A stretch of 64,000 nucleotides of DNA. It comes from Thermoplasmata archaeon. GTDB taxonomy: Archaea; Thermoplasmatota; Thermoplasmata; Thermoplasmatales; GCA-001856825. The notes beneath the pieces are model-generated. The model saw nothing but the letters and a program-made list of their open reading frames with translations, had not been told where the DNA came from and searched no databases. The stretch covers positions 109,747 to 173,746 of the forward strand of contig JAGDXP010000002.1 in the NCBI GenBank assembly GCA_023256475.1, read 5' to 3'. Below are positions 43,014 through 53,055 of the stretch, in pieces. Position 1 is the stretch's first letter. Every line of letters starts with the position of its first letter. The translations under genes and the position numbers were made by a program.

Positions 43014-43983
43014 TGATAAAAGATACTGGTCGGCCGGCGATGTAGAGAAATTTGCTTACTGTCCATTGAATTTATATTTAGCGCTGAAAGGAAATAAGGT
43101 GGAAGTATCTCAGGGGATTGAATATCAAAATAGTTTTTTCAAGAAAATAAAAAGGGCAATTAATAATAAAAAATTGTTGAGAGTTCATAATAGACTTTTC
43201 ATATCTCTCTATATTGCTGCTTTTGTACTGGTTATCACAACAATTCCCTTGTTATTTACAAGGTCAGATATACTAGTTCTTATAATTTTGATTGCTTCCC
43301 TCTTATCCCTGCTTTTCGGAACAGCAATTTATCTGCTGACATCTGTGGTAAGGAAACTCAGAGAATCCAGAAGACTTGAGGATTTAATTCTCTATTTCAG
43401 TATTGCAAGTCTGATTTTGATACTCATCCTCTATTTCTACTATTCCTTTAGAAATGATTTTGCTTTATTCGCTATCATTCTTTCAAACATTATAATTCTT
43501 TCAGATACTTACAGCTTCTATAAGATATTAACAACTTCTGAAATCATGACAATAAACGAGATTGATCCGGAAAAGGTATATTATATGGAAAATGGCGAGA
43601 ATCCTGTTCTCATAAGCGAAAGATGGAGGCTAAGGGGTGTCCCGGATTTAATATTGAAAGAAGAGGACCAACTGGTACCAGTGGAGATTAAGAGTAGTAA
43701 AAAACCAAGCTCAGTACCCTTTTCTCATTTGATGCAGCTGGTGGCTTACGCAGTATTAATAGAGGAAAATTACACATATGAGGTGAAGTATGGAATTTTA
43801 AATTATCCCAATGGCATATATAAAATTGAGATAACTGAACATTTAAAATTCCTGCTCGAGAAATTGCTTCGGGAAATGGATCAGATGGTGGAAACAGGGG
43901 TAGCGCATCGTAACCACAGCAATCAGGGGAAATGTGCTGGTTGCTTCAGGAAGTCTATGTGCCCAGAATCTCTTTCAAAGTGA
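42976..43983 (+). CDS. Cas4-family PD-(D/E)xK nuclease with 4-Cys Fe-S motifs and an internal four-helix transmembrane insertion
   Basis: 335 aa from TTG 42976 (alternative TTG at 43000). Motifs are YCPLNLYL, GVPDLIL...VPVEIK, QLVAY and CAGCFRKSMC. Four hydrophobic helices span aa ~74-182. Confidence 0.6.
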   Translation: MHWIFWKNLKTYNDKRYWSAGDVEKFAYCPLNLYLALKGNKVEVSQGIEYQNSFFKKIKRAINNKKLLRVHNRLFISLYIAAFVLVITTIPLLFTRSDILVLIILIASLLSLLFGTAIYLLTSVVRKLRESRRLEDLILYFSIASLILILILYFYYSFRNDFALFAIILSNIIILSDTYSFYKILTTSEIMTINEIDPEKVYYMENGENPVLISERWRLRGVPDLILKEEDQLVPVEIKSSKKPSSVPFSHLMQLVAYAVLIEENYTYEVKYGILNYPNGIYKIEITEHLKFLLEKLLREMDQMVETGVAHRNHSNQGKCAGCFRKSMCPESLSK

Positions 43984-44923
43984 TATATCTTCCCTCTTTT
44001 GCAGAGAACTGTGCCCCTAGATGCATGGCTGTTGAGATAACTCCATCGTAAGAGTTTGCTATTTTTAGCCCCTTGCCGACAAAGTCCTTTATCTCTTCCC
44101 TATACATATCTACCTTGGGGACCTCTCTAATAATACCATTTGTCTCGATCTTTGAATCCACGCTAGTGGAGAAGAAATTCTTAACTCTGATATATCCTCT
44201 TTCTCCCTGAATCACGAGATCGTTGTTTCCGTCTGGAATTTTTCTGCTGCTGATCGCTATAGCTGTCCTTGATTCACCGTAATCGAAAATGATATTGAAG
44301 TGGTCATCAATGGTCCTTCCCTTGGGATAACTTGTTGCAATTAACCCCTTTGGTTCCTCTCTGAAAATGTTATATATTGCGTCCATGACATGTACTCCAG
44401 TTCCCACAATGGAGCCTCCTCCCACCATGTAATCTACACCCCACCATGAATCGTTAAAGTTCCTAGATGAGAAGTGAGACCACTGCCCGCTCACTAATCT
44501 TATTTCCCCCAATTCTCCTTTTGAAATAGCTTCCCTTACATAATCCAAAGATGGATGGAATCTAAGATGGAACCCTATGGACAGCCTAAGACCTTTTTGC
44601 TGCGCAATATCATGAAGTTCCTTGGATTCCCTTACGCTCAATGTCATGGGCTTTTCCAGAAGCACATGCTTGTCATGAGTTAAGGCCAATTTGGTGAATT
44701 TATAGTGGAGATAGTTAGGGGATGAAATATAGGCGGCCTGGAAATCTTTGTGCATCATTTTCTCAAGATCGTCAAAAAATTCAGCTCCCACTTCCTTAGC
44801 ATATTTTGTCCCTTTCTGCCTGTCCGTAGAGTAAATGGCTGTAATTTTATTATCAGAACTCAAAATGGCAGGCATCACCCTATTAATGGCGTGGCTTCCC
44901 AACGATACTATACCGAATTCCAT
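43955..44923 (-). CDS. Gfo/Idh/MocA-family NAD(P)-dependent oxidoreductase
   Basis: 322 aa. N-terminal Rossmann fold MEFGIVSLGSHAINRVMPAI and the LLEKPM motif. Confidence 0.85.
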   Translation of the reverse strand: MEFGIVSLGSHAINRVMPAILSSDNKITAIYSTDRQKGTKYAKEVGAEFFDDLEKMMHKDFQAAYISSPNYLHYKFTKLALTHDKHVLLEKPMTLSVRESKELHDIAQQKGLRLSIGFHLRFHPSLDYVREAISKGELGEIRLVSGQWSHFSSRNFNDSWWGVDYMVGGGSIVGTGVHVMDAIYNIFREEPKGLIATSYPKGRTIDDHFNIIFDYGESRTAIAISSRKIPDGNNDLVIQGERGYIRVKNFFSTSVDSKIETNGIIREVPKVDMYREEIKDFVGKGLKIANSYDGVISTAMHLGAQFSAKEGRYITLKEILGT

Positions 44924-44944
44924 GAACAGCCATAATTTCTTTTT

Positions 44945-46171
44945 TCAAAATTTTTGTGTTATTCTGGCGATTCTCTTAAGCATAAGGGGCTGCACCGTGA
45001 GTGATAGGAATATTATTATGGTGACCAGTGCCTGTACCACTTCCCCATACTGAATCAATGTTAGATTTTTTGAAACGAAACCGAGGTATAAGAAGGTCGT
45101 ACTCAATATTGCGGGGAAAACACCCCTGGTTCCTTCCAGACCAATCAGTAGTGCATCTTGAAATGTTATATTTCTGTCAATGCTTACTGCCAGAATTGTT
45201 GTCAGGGGCCTTATTATGAATATAAGTGCTAAACCTATAATTATTCCCTGGAGCAGGAAACTCCTAAGATAAACCAACGAAGCCGTCGCCCCCAAAAATA
45301 CGAAGACAAATATTACTACGAAGGATGCAAGTTTATCCATGAACTCCTGATATTCCTGCTTTTCCCTATCCTTCGGCATATAGTTCCCAGCCAATATTCC
45401 AAAGATTGCCACTGCCATATACCCTGAACCCCCAAAGAATATGGTTATAGTATAGCTGCTGATCCCAAAGAGAATTAGAATTTCTGTGTAGTAACTTTTG
45501 AAATCCGTTGGGAAGAGCTGCCTGAGCTCATATGCAATAAAGAACATGCCCAGGGAGATTAGAACTGGGGAAACAAATTGTGACAGAATTATGTAAAAAA
45601 TGGGATTTGATATGGTGAATTCGCTTGATTCCAAGTAAGGCAAGTATTGAGGGAGCAACAATGCAATGACAATTATCAACATCATGTACGAAAAAGGATC
45701 GTTAAAAACTGCTTCGGTAATTAATAGTGTCGAGGGAATTTCCTTTATCCTTGCCTTCTTTAATGATGGTATTATGGATGCTGGGTCCGTGGAAGAAAGT
45801 ATGGCTCCCAACCCAAATCCTGCCCACAAAGGAAGCTTAAAAGCATATATCGTAATTATTGCTACTCCTATTCCAGTTACAAAAAGAACGAAGGTTATTA
45901 GTGTGAAAGTTGGTTTCCAAACCCTTCTGAGTGTTATTCTGGACAATTTGGATGACTCCGCCAGTATTATGAACATTGCCCCTATGGGCCCTACGTAGTT
46001 GAAGAAAAGATATTCGATTTCCTGCCTTTGAAATATTCCCAAAACCGGGCCAAATATTAATCCCAATATAACCAAATAAGGAATGTAGACAGTACCGGTC
46101 ACCCTTGCAATAACAGTGGCCAAATAACCAATGAGTAATGAGATTGCCAGGTAAAGGAGGAGCGAGTACAT
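44945..46171 (-). CDS. Na+/H+ (cation:proton) antiporter, CPA1/NhaP-like
   Basis: 408 aa, polytopic. ILSSTDPASIIP resembles the CPA1 conserved TM segment. Confidence 0.75.
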   Translation of the reverse strand: MYSLLLYLAISLLIGYLATVIARVTGTVYIPYLVILGLIFGPVLGIFQRQEIEYLFFNYVGPIGAMFIILAESSKLSRITLRRVWKPTFTLITFVLFVTGIGVAIITIYAFKLPLWAGFGLGAILSSTDPASIIPSLKKARIKEIPSTLLITEAVFNDPFSYMMLIIVIALLLPQYLPYLESSEFTISNPIFYIILSQFVSPVLISLGMFFIAYELRQLFPTDFKSYYTEILILFGISSYTITIFFGGSGYMAVAIFGILAGNYMPKDREKQEYQEFMDKLASFVVIFVFVFLGATASLVYLRSFLLQGIIIGLALIFIIRPLTTILAVSIDRNITFQDALLIGLEGTRGVFPAILSTTFLYLGFVSKNLTLIQYGEVVQALVTIIIFLSLTVQPLMLKRIARITQKF

Positions 46172-46202
46172 TAAAAAGGCAATAAAAAACTGATTATTCT
46201 TT

Positions 46203-47090
46203 TTATCTGTTTTTCCAGGCCTTAGGGTATATACCCCTGTCTATGAAAACCGTTTCGGGCTTTATATCGTTTCCTTCCCTCTTTCCCATGGCTAGCAGTT
46301 CATCTTTAGTTGATATTATTCTTACAATATCTCCTTCCCCATAATCTTCCAGTATACCTGATCTGTAAATTTTAGATCCGTGCGCCATGGCATCCACTGC
46401 ACTATCCTTTATTCTGACAAATGGAAAATCATTTGTGATTTCTTCTGGATCAAGAATTATTTTATTCAGGAGCTCAGGATTACCTTGCTTGTATAATTCA
46501 TAGGCATCCTTTAGTTTCTGTAGAGTTACCATTTTATCTTCTCCAACAGGACCGCTTCTTATTCTTCTCAACTCAAGCATATTTGCTCCTACAAGGAGTG
46601 CATCGCCAATATCCCTGCAGAGTGTCCTGATGTATACACCCGATTCCACACTTGCCCTGAACAAAACCAGTCTCCCCTTCTTTTCCAATAGCTTTAGTTG
46701 GTAAACTTTCCTCTTCCTTAGGGTCCTTGCAACGGCAGACCTCACAGGCGGGAACTGGTATATTTCACCAGTGAATTCCCTGAAAACCTCTCTGATACTG
46801 TCTTCCGGCACGTCCTTATGGAGTATCATAATTCCTACGTACTCCTTCCCTTCCTCGTGTAAATAGTCGGCCAATCTGGTAGCCTTCTCTAATCCAACCG
46901 GTAGGACACCTGTAACATTTGGATCCAGCGTACCCACATGCCCCGCCTTTTTGGCTTTAACTATTTCCTTTACCCAAGAAGACACCTGATGGCTAGTAGG
47001 GCCTCTGGGTTTATCGATAACAATAAACCCAAAATCAAGTCTCTCCTCTATGGAACGTTCAGACGGTCTTTTGCCGAATATCCAGGACAT
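46203..47090 (-). CDS. cbf5: tRNA/rRNA pseudouridine synthase Cbf5 (H/ACA RNP catalytic subunit) with PUA domain
   Basis: 295 aa. DKPRGPTSHQV and GHVGTLDPNVTGVLPV (catalytic Asp), with a PUA-like C-terminus. Confidence 0.9.
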   Translation of the reverse strand: MSWIFGKRPSERSIEERLDFGFIVIDKPRGPTSHQVSSWVKEIVKAKKAGHVGTLDPNVTGVLPVGLEKATRLADYLHEEGKEYVGIMILHKDVPEDSIREVFREFTGEIYQFPPVRSAVARTLRKRKVYQLKLLEKKGRLVLFRASVESGVYIRTLCRDIGDALLVGANMLELRRIRSGPVGEDKMVTLQKLKDAYELYKQGNPELLNKIILDPEEITNDFPFVRIKDSAVDAMAHGSKIYRSGILEDYGEGDIVRIISTKDELLAMGKREGNDIKPETVFIDRGIYPKAWKNR

Positions 47091-47613
47091 CCTTAATCAC
47101 CTTCAAAACCTGTTCTGTGCTCAAGTCGGTGGAGTCTATAATAAGATCATATATTGATAGATCATTGTAATCTGCTCCATAGTACTTCCTATATCTTTCA
47201 AGCTCAGATTTTTCTCTTGTCCTCATGGCCTTTAAAACATCAGAAGAGGATTCGCCCTCCCTGCTTCTCATGGATCCTATTATCCTCTGAACGCGTACTT
47301 CCTCATCCGCAGTAATGAATATCTTGATCGCTGGTATGCCATTCCTGTAAGCGAGCCATCCTGCTAGCCTAGATTCTACTATTATGTTGTCTTTCCTCTT
47401 CATTTCCTCCAGGAGATATTTATCAAGCTCCATATCAATTTTTGGATCATTCTCTGCCATTCTCCCAAGCTCTTCAAGGCTTATACCTAGGGATTTCGCA
47501 TAAGCCCTGAATATGAGTCCTCCGGTAATAACTTCCAGATTATATTCCCTCGCGAGACTGTTAGCGATAGTAGTCTTGCCACTGCCCGGGGGGCCGGAGA
47601 TAGTAATCCTCAT
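47059..47613 (-). CDS. cmk: Cytidylate kinase (archaeal type)
   Basis: 184 aa. P-loop ISGPPGSGKTT. Conserved position in the secY-adk-DUF106-cmk cluster. Confidence 0.85.
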   Translation of the reverse strand: MRITISGPPGSGKTTIANSLAREYNLEVITGGLIFRAYAKSLGISLEELGRMAENDPKIDMELDKYLLEEMKRKDNIIVESRLAGWLAYRNGIPAIKIFITADEEVRVQRIIGSMRSREGESSSDVLKAMRTREKSELERYRKYYGADYNDLSIYDLIIDSTDLSTEQVLKVIKDVLDIRQKTV

Positions 47614-48272
47614 GAACTAACACTTCTCTTCAAGTATAGCAGGCGGAACGTGTACTGTATTGGATAGGAAAGTACAAAGCTGAAAATCATGTAAAGCAAT
47701 ATCCACAAGTAAAAACCGTAATAAGCTTTCATAAGGTCACCTACTCCGAAAGGAGATTTAACTGTGGATGTGCCCTGCTGGTGTGCCACAAACATAAAGT
47801 TAATGAGCCAGGCGAATATTAGAACTGAGATCAGAAGAGTAATGTAGGTAGGTTTCATCTGCTGCTGTGTCATATCCATGGTTTCAGGGAGATACTTCAT
47901 CTGTTCTCCCCTTATTCTCTCAATTTCTTTCTTGTCATTTCTCCTAATGGCCTCTCTCATCTGCTGTGAAAATTTCCTGTTTCTGTGTTGAATCTCCGCC
48001 ATCTTGAAGTAATCCATGAAGAAATGCCTTGCCCCTGAGTTGATCAGGGCCGTTATCAGAGCTGCAAGAAATATTGTTATAATTGGATTCTGATAATTGA
48101 ATCCTATTACTGGCTGAAGTATATAATACATGGGTAGAGAGAAATAATATCTTATAATTGGAGTTGTATAAACAAAAAGCAGAAGTATCATTATAAACAA
48201 GTAAGTCATCTGAGTTCTAACTGATTTTCGCATTGCTTCTTGCTGCTCTTTTGTCATTGTATTCTGGCTCAT
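47610..48272 (-). CDS. DUF106 membrane protein (archaeal YidC/Oxa1/EMC3-like insertase candidate)
   Basis: 220 aa with three hydrophobic helices and a charged coiled segment. Conserved position between adk and cmk. Confidence 0.7.
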   Translation of the reverse strand: MSQNTMTKEQQEAMRKSVRTQMTYLFIMILLLFVYTTPIIRYYFSLPMYYILQPVIGFNYQNPIITIFLAALITALINSGARHFFMDYFKMAEIQHRNRKFSQQMREAIRRNDKKEIERIRGEQMKYLPETMDMTQQQMKPTYITLLISVLIFAWLINFMFVAHQQGTSTVKSPFGVGDLMKAYYGFYLWILLYMIFSFVLSYPIQYTFRLLYLKRSVSS

Positions 48273-48817
48273 TTCCTCTTCAGAACCTCCATTATCTTAT
48301 TCGCAGCTTCCGCTGACTTATTGTTCTCATTGCTCACGACCATGAAGGGTATTCCCATGGATGATGCATATGCAATTCCGAACATCCTATTAACTTCAAG
48401 ATGCATCCTTATCTCCGACTGAGATTCCTCGTCCCTGTGCCTTTGCACGTCCTTTTTCCTTCTCTCAAAAATTTCGAGCGGGTCCGCCTCAATGGAGACA
48501 AGAAGTTCAGGATTTATTGCCTTTAGAACATGGGGAGGGAGGCCTGGAAGATATCCTGAGGGAGTCTTTATGGAGAAGTGTGTATCTATTATAACATCTT
48601 TCAATTGGGAAAAGTACATGGCTGCATCTGTCTGTATTTCGGTTTGAATATCTATTGGAAGTTTCCTCATTTCATCCCTTGACTTCGCGTAGCCCTTTTC
48701 AGTGGCTATCTTTAGCATTACATCCCCGTAATTCTCAACTCTAAAACCAGCTCTTGTTAACTCGTTGAGAACAGTAGTCTTTCCAACCCCGGGTATTCCT
48801 CCAATGATTACTCTCAT
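48269..48817 (-). CDS. adkA: Adenylate kinase (archaeal AdkA type)
   Basis: 182 aa. P-loop GIPGVGKTTV. Immediately downstream of secY. Confidence 0.85.
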   Translation of the reverse strand: MRVIIGGIPGVGKTTVLNELTRAGFRVENYGDVMLKIATEKGYAKSRDEMRKLPIDIQTEIQTDAAMYFSQLKDVIIDTHFSIKTPSGYLPGLPPHVLKAINPELLVSIEADPLEIFERRKKDVQRHRDEESQSEIRMHLEVNRMFGIAYASSMGIPFMVVSNENNKSAEAANKIMEVLKRK

Positions 48818-50572
48818 TTACATACCTCCAAACAGATCCCTCATGAAGGGATACATTTCTGATAGTTGCTCTTTACCCATGGCCTGGTAGAACTGTATAA
48901 TAATTCCCACAGTTAGCAATACTCCCGTTCCAGAGGCATTACCCACTGTCCCGATCAGGTCGGCCATAGCAGCCAAAGCACCTACAGCTGCCCCGCTGAA
49001 TACTGTTATGGCTGGAATGTACTTGTCAAGAACCTTCTTCAGGACTCTTGGATCCCTCCTGAAGCCGGGAATTTGCATACCTGAGCTCTGTATCTGCTTC
49101 GCTACCCCTTCCGAATTCATTCCTGTGGTCTCTATCCAGAATTTAGCAAATAATACTGATGCACCCACCATAAAGGCCACATAGGCCAGCACATGCACTC
49201 CCATAGCCCATGGTGGATGATGGAATAGCTCAATAGTATACGCCTGAGGATCAAGCAGGGGGAAGAGCCAGTTGGCAATACCGTTCGGATTACTGAGATA
49301 CCATGCAAGACCTCCTATGGGGGTGGTGGGTTGGATATTCAACTGCTGGGCCAAGCTCTGGGAGGGATAAGCTCCCAGGTACCAGTTATGGCCTAATATA
49401 GGCACCTTCTGCAATGTGGGATTGGTCCAGAAAAGCAATGACCACATGGCCAAGTTCGCCAGGACCGCCGAAGCCAATATAACAGGTATGTTGGAAGCAT
49501 ACATCAGCTGAATGGGATACCTTCCCCTCGCTCCCCTTGCCCTCTCATGTGCTAAAGGTAGCTCCACCTTCACGGATTGTACCCAGACCACTAAGTAAAA
49601 TACGAATATGGTTCCAACTAGTGCAATGACCGGATTGGGTTGGGCAAATAGTATCCTCTCAAGGCTCACTGAGAATAGCTCCTGAGCGTTTGACTGTGTA
49701 AGTAAATAGAATGTCTTGGGTATTGTACCAACTGGTGGGTTGGTCAATGATAGGGGCTGATTGGTATTGGTAGGCACCCAGTTCAGTGTGCCTGTAATTA
49801 GTGCTTGAGATACTCCTGCTGCTATGAACAAAGAAATACCAGAACCTATACCCCATTTTGATACGACTTCATCCATGAGGAATACTAGGTATGAGCCCAT
49901 GAACAGCTGGAATATGATAAACATCCTCGCCAGCATCAATCCATATCCGGGCATGAAGCCATTCATGGCTGATATAAATGAAGGGTCAGGTGGCAAATAT
50001 CCAAATACCTGAGGTATAGCTTCAACAAATATCATTAATATAACCAGAAGCTTCTGGGCCCCCTGATAGAGAGCTTTATCCTCAGATTTTGTAAGATCAA
50101 TATTTATTATCTTGGCCCCTACGAACAGCTGCATTATAATGGATGCAGTTACTATGGGACCAATTCCCAGATCCATTATGGATCCGGCCTGTCCAGCGAA
50201 TATACTTCTGAATGATGCGAACACATCTATAATCTGGGACCTATCCAATCCATAAATATATATGTTTGAAAGTACAAAATATATTATAAGTATAATTGAG
50301 GTCCATAGGAACTTCTCCTTAAACCTCACATGCCTGCCGGGCTTCTTCACAGCGGGTAGATGGTTTACCAGATTCTTCCAGCCATATAATTTCGACCCTG
50401 GCCCATTGTAGCTTATTAATAGATAAGTGAGATAGTATAGCGGGGCAACTGAGAGGGACAATACTGTAGTATATACCCTATCGTAATGAAACGCCCTATA
50501 GAAAAGGTAAACGTTAAAGAGGAATATGACCAATACCGGAATAGCGGTTGCCCTATTCCTCTTTATCTCCAT
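48818..50572 (-). CDS. secY: Preprotein translocase subunit SecY (unusually long, N-terminal extension)
   Basis: 584 aa. The canonical archaeal SecY N-terminus (LPAVKKPGRHVRFKEKFLWT) begins only near aa 72. Polytopic. Follows uL15. Confidence 0.9.
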   Translation of the reverse strand: MEIKRNRATAIPVLVIFLFNVYLFYRAFHYDRVYTTVLSLSVAPLYYLTYLLISYNGPGSKLYGWKNLVNHLPAVKKPGRHVRFKEKFLWTSIILIIYFVLSNIYIYGLDRSQIIDVFASFRSIFAGQAGSIMDLGIGPIVTASIIMQLFVGAKIINIDLTKSEDKALYQGAQKLLVILMIFVEAIPQVFGYLPPDPSFISAMNGFMPGYGLMLARMFIIFQLFMGSYLVFLMDEVVSKWGIGSGISLFIAAGVSQALITGTLNWVPTNTNQPLSLTNPPVGTIPKTFYLLTQSNAQELFSVSLERILFAQPNPVIALVGTIFVFYLVVWVQSVKVELPLAHERARGARGRYPIQLMYASNIPVILASAVLANLAMWSLLFWTNPTLQKVPILGHNWYLGAYPSQSLAQQLNIQPTTPIGGLAWYLSNPNGIANWLFPLLDPQAYTIELFHHPPWAMGVHVLAYVAFMVGASVLFAKFWIETTGMNSEGVAKQIQSSGMQIPGFRRDPRVLKKVLDKYIPAITVFSGAAVGALAAMADLIGTVGNASGTGVLLTVGIIIQFYQAMGKEQLSEMYPFMRDLFGGM

Positions 50573-51005
50573 CTGTTTCTACCTCTCCGCCTGCATTTTT
50601 AATCTTCTCAATGGCCCTCTCCGTAGCCTTGGCAACCTTAACAACCATGGGCCTCCCAACCTGGCCTCCGCCAAGCAGGACGTCATAACCCATTTTGTTC
50701 AGATCAAAATAGAGCTTATCCTCCTTAATCTCCACTAAGCCTTGTGACATGAACTTTTCATAATTCCTATCCAACTCACCCACGTTGATTGCCTTTACTT
50801 CCTTTTCAACAGCGTGCCTGACAAATCCATGGGATCCATAATGATCTGGCTCGTATTTTACCATCCAAATCCATCTGTGCTTGCCAAGGCCGGCCATGCC
50901 ACTGCCTCCTCTCTTTCCCTTTCCTCTACCGGCCTTCTTGCCCCTTCCATAAAGGGTTCCCCTATATTTCTTAGTTTTTTGCCTGACCAATTTTACCACC
51001 CTCAA
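50553..51005 (-). CDS. rpl15: 50S ribosomal protein uL15
   Basis: 150 aa. G/K/R-rich N-terminus (GRGKKAGRGKGKRGGSG). Cluster position. Confidence 0.9.
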   Translation of the reverse strand: MRVVKLVRQKTKKYRGTLYGRGKKAGRGKGKRGGSGMAGLGKHRWIWMVKYEPDHYGSHGFVRHAVEKEVKAINVGELDRNYEKFMSQGLVEIKEDKLYFDLNKMGYDVLLGGGQVGRPMVVKVAKATERAIEKIKNAGGEVETDGDKEE

Positions 51006-51453
51006 TCATTCTATCTATCAATTTGTTTATTTCCGGTCCCCTATAACCAAGGTTTCCTCCCAGTTTAAAAGGTTCCTTGGTCTTTCCATAACCTTTCCGG
51101 GGGGGATTCATCCTAAAAACTGGTTTAATGTCAGGATAATCCTTAAGTTTTATCTTTCCTTCCAGAAGCTTTTCCGCGAAGTCCTGTATGCCTTCGAACC
51201 CGTTTTGCTTGAGCCATTCCTCAGTTATGGGTTTATCACCCACAAGCTTTCCCCTCTCCTTGAGCAATTTTACAAGATGCTCCTTGTCAACTTCTCCCCA
51301 AGTAACGTAGTCCTTAACCTTTTTCAGCTGCCCTATCATATCCTCTGGAACAAGAACAAGATGATTTACTCTATGAAGCCTCAGTTCATTTAATGCGTAT
51401 TTTATATCAACCTTCGTATGATTTGAACCTCTAATCTTTACCACTGCGTACAT
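50971..51453 (-). CDS. rpl30: 50S ribosomal protein uL30
   Basis: The start is set at the internal Met ([10 protein letters not shown]...), which is the canonical uL30 N-terminus. The ORF track extends 16 codons further upstream. Confidence 0.9.
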   Translation of the reverse strand: MYAVVKIRGSNHTKVDIKYALNELRLHRVNHLVLVPEDMIGQLKKVKDYVTWGEVDKEHLVKLLKERGKLVGDKPITEEWLKQNGFEGIQDFAEKLLEGKIKLKDYPDIKPVFRMNPPRKGYGKTKEPFKLGGNLGYRGPEINKLIDRMIEGGKIGQAKN

Positions 51454-52105
51454 GCATAACACCACCTTTATATATTGGAGTAGAAAGCACCAATTTATCA
51501 TTTATCTTGAATTTTGCAGTTTCTTTAAGAGCGTTGAATGTGGCGTAGGCAAAATTTACCGATGTCTTGGTATGCCCCTCCGAGAATCCCCATGTATCTG
51601 ATATTCCTGCCAGTTCAAGAACTTTCTTGGGTATATCTCCAATAGCCAGTCCTACTCCCTGTGGAGCGGGCTTTAGATAAACCCTAACAGATCCTGATTT
51701 CCCGACTACCTCAAAGGGTACGGTATGGCTCTTTCCGCAACCGCATTCCCAAGAACCGCATCCTCTTTTTATTTCTATAATATTCATTTTAGCATTTTCC
51801 AGCGCTTTTTCAATGGCGTCTCCGGTTTCCCTGGCCTTTCCATGGCCTATCCCCACATATCCGTTGCGATTCCCAACCACAACAGTGGCCGCAAACTTCG
51901 ATTTTCTACCGGAGTCTGACATTTTTTGGACCATTTTGATATCGATTACCTCTTCTTCCAAATTTGGAAGGAGCATATCCACAATCTGCGGTTCCCTTAT
52001 GGGCATCCTAGTGGCAAGAACTTCGGAAATGGTCTTAAGCTTTCCTTCCTTGACCATTCTCCCAAGCTTCGTCTTAGGCGTCCAATCCATTAAATTGTCA
52101 CTCAT
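51431..52105 (-). CDS. rps5: 30S ribosomal protein uS5
   Basis: 224 aa. dsRBD and S5 C-terminal domain patterns. Cluster position. Confidence 0.9.
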   Translation of the reverse strand: MSDNLMDWTPKTKLGRMVKEGKLKTISEVLATRMPIREPQIVDMLLPNLEEEVIDIKMVQKMSDSGRKSKFAATVVVGNRNGYVGIGHGKARETGDAIEKALENAKMNIIEIKRGCGSWECGCGKSHTVPFEVVGKSGSVRVYLKPAPQGVGLAIGDIPKKVLELAGISDTWGFSEGHTKTSVNFAYATFNALKETAKFKINDKLVLSTPIYKGGVMHVRSGKD

Positions 52106-52599
52106 AATAACTCCTCCATAGCCTTTTTAACTATTTCAATTGATTTACTGTCAATAGATTCTAGATGCTCCCCCTTTAAATGTTCCTCATCGGGAAGTAG
52201 ACCCTCATCTACTGGTACTTCTATACCCGCGTCCAATAGGCCCTTTATGGCTGCCATTAGCCTTCCTCCCTTAACAACCTTCTGCAGGCCCAGGTCAGCG
52301 TAAACCTTGGTGATACCCTTCTTTTTTGCCCTTAAACCTGACATATATCCTGCTAGATAGGCCGATGGAACATTGCCTGTAGGAGCCTTCCACCCAAACT
52401 TCTTCAGTTCAATTGTACAGCCATGCGAGACAACCCTATCTCCTGAGGGTCTGTATTCCACTATATCCACCCTTGTGTGCATTAGTGATTTCCTTATGAC
52501 CGCCCTAGGTACACCTGTCTTGACTAATGCTAGCCTCTTCCTGTAATTGGTCTTGTTAAGCCTTCTCCTCTTTAAAGGCATTATATACCTTGAATGCAT
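52102..52599 (-). CDS. rpl18: 50S ribosomal protein uL18
   Basis: 165 aa. [14 protein letters not shown]-terminus. Cluster position. Confidence 0.9.
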   Translation of the reverse strand: MHSRYIMPLKRRRLNKTNYRKRLALVKTGVPRAVIRKSLMHTRVDIVEYRPSGDRVVSHGCTIELKKFGWKAPTGNVPSAYLAGYMSGLRAKKKGITKVYADLGLQKVVKGGRLMAAIKGLLDAGIEVPVDEGLLPDEEHLKGEHLESIDSKSIEIVKKAMEELL

Positions 52600-53055
52600 T
52601 TAATCACCCTTTATTAGACCGAAATCTTTCAAATGAGTCAATAACTGTGAAGTGTTTCTAAATACTCCACCTTTGATCTTCCTGTAATATTCCCTGTATA
52701 ACTTCTTATCAAGCTTCCCAGTGTCTCTTAGCTCCCTTAACTTTCTCCTCATGGCCCTTACATTCTTTATCCATCTTTCCTTGGATGGTTCCCTGGCATT
52801 TCTTGTTCCCTTTCTGGATCCGGGTCCTTTCCTCCTTCCCTTATCCTTTTGTGATTTGAGTTTTCTGTAGCGTGCTCTTGAGTTACCCTTTTTGGGTTTC
52901 TTCTGTATTACATTCCTCTTTATTAGTTTCCTTACATCCTCCCTTGTAACAGCTTCTGAAACCTCTTCATAGCTTTTTGGATCTATCCAGACCCTTGATT
53001 GACCTACCTTCAGTAGCTCTGCAGCAATCCTCTTCTGAGTTGCGAGCGTTGGCAC
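52600..53055 (-). CDS. rpl19e: 50S ribosomal protein eL19
   Basis: 151 aa. LATQKRIAAELLKVGQSRVWIDP is the typical L19e N-terminus. Confidence 0.9.
   Translation of the reverse strand: MPTLATQKRIAAELLKVGQSRVWIDPKSYEEVSEAVTREDVRKLIKRNVIQKKPKKGNSRARYRKLKSQKDKGRRKGPGSRKGTRNAREPSKERWIKNVRAMRRKLRELRDTGKLDKKLYREYYRKIKGGVFRNTSQLLTHLKDFGLIKGD

Noticed and set aside
51454-51501. A 16-codon upstream extension of the uL30 ORF ([16 protein letters not shown]).
   Set aside because: The canonical uL30 N-terminus starts at the internal Met (MYAVVKIRG). The extension lies inside the uS5 coding region.
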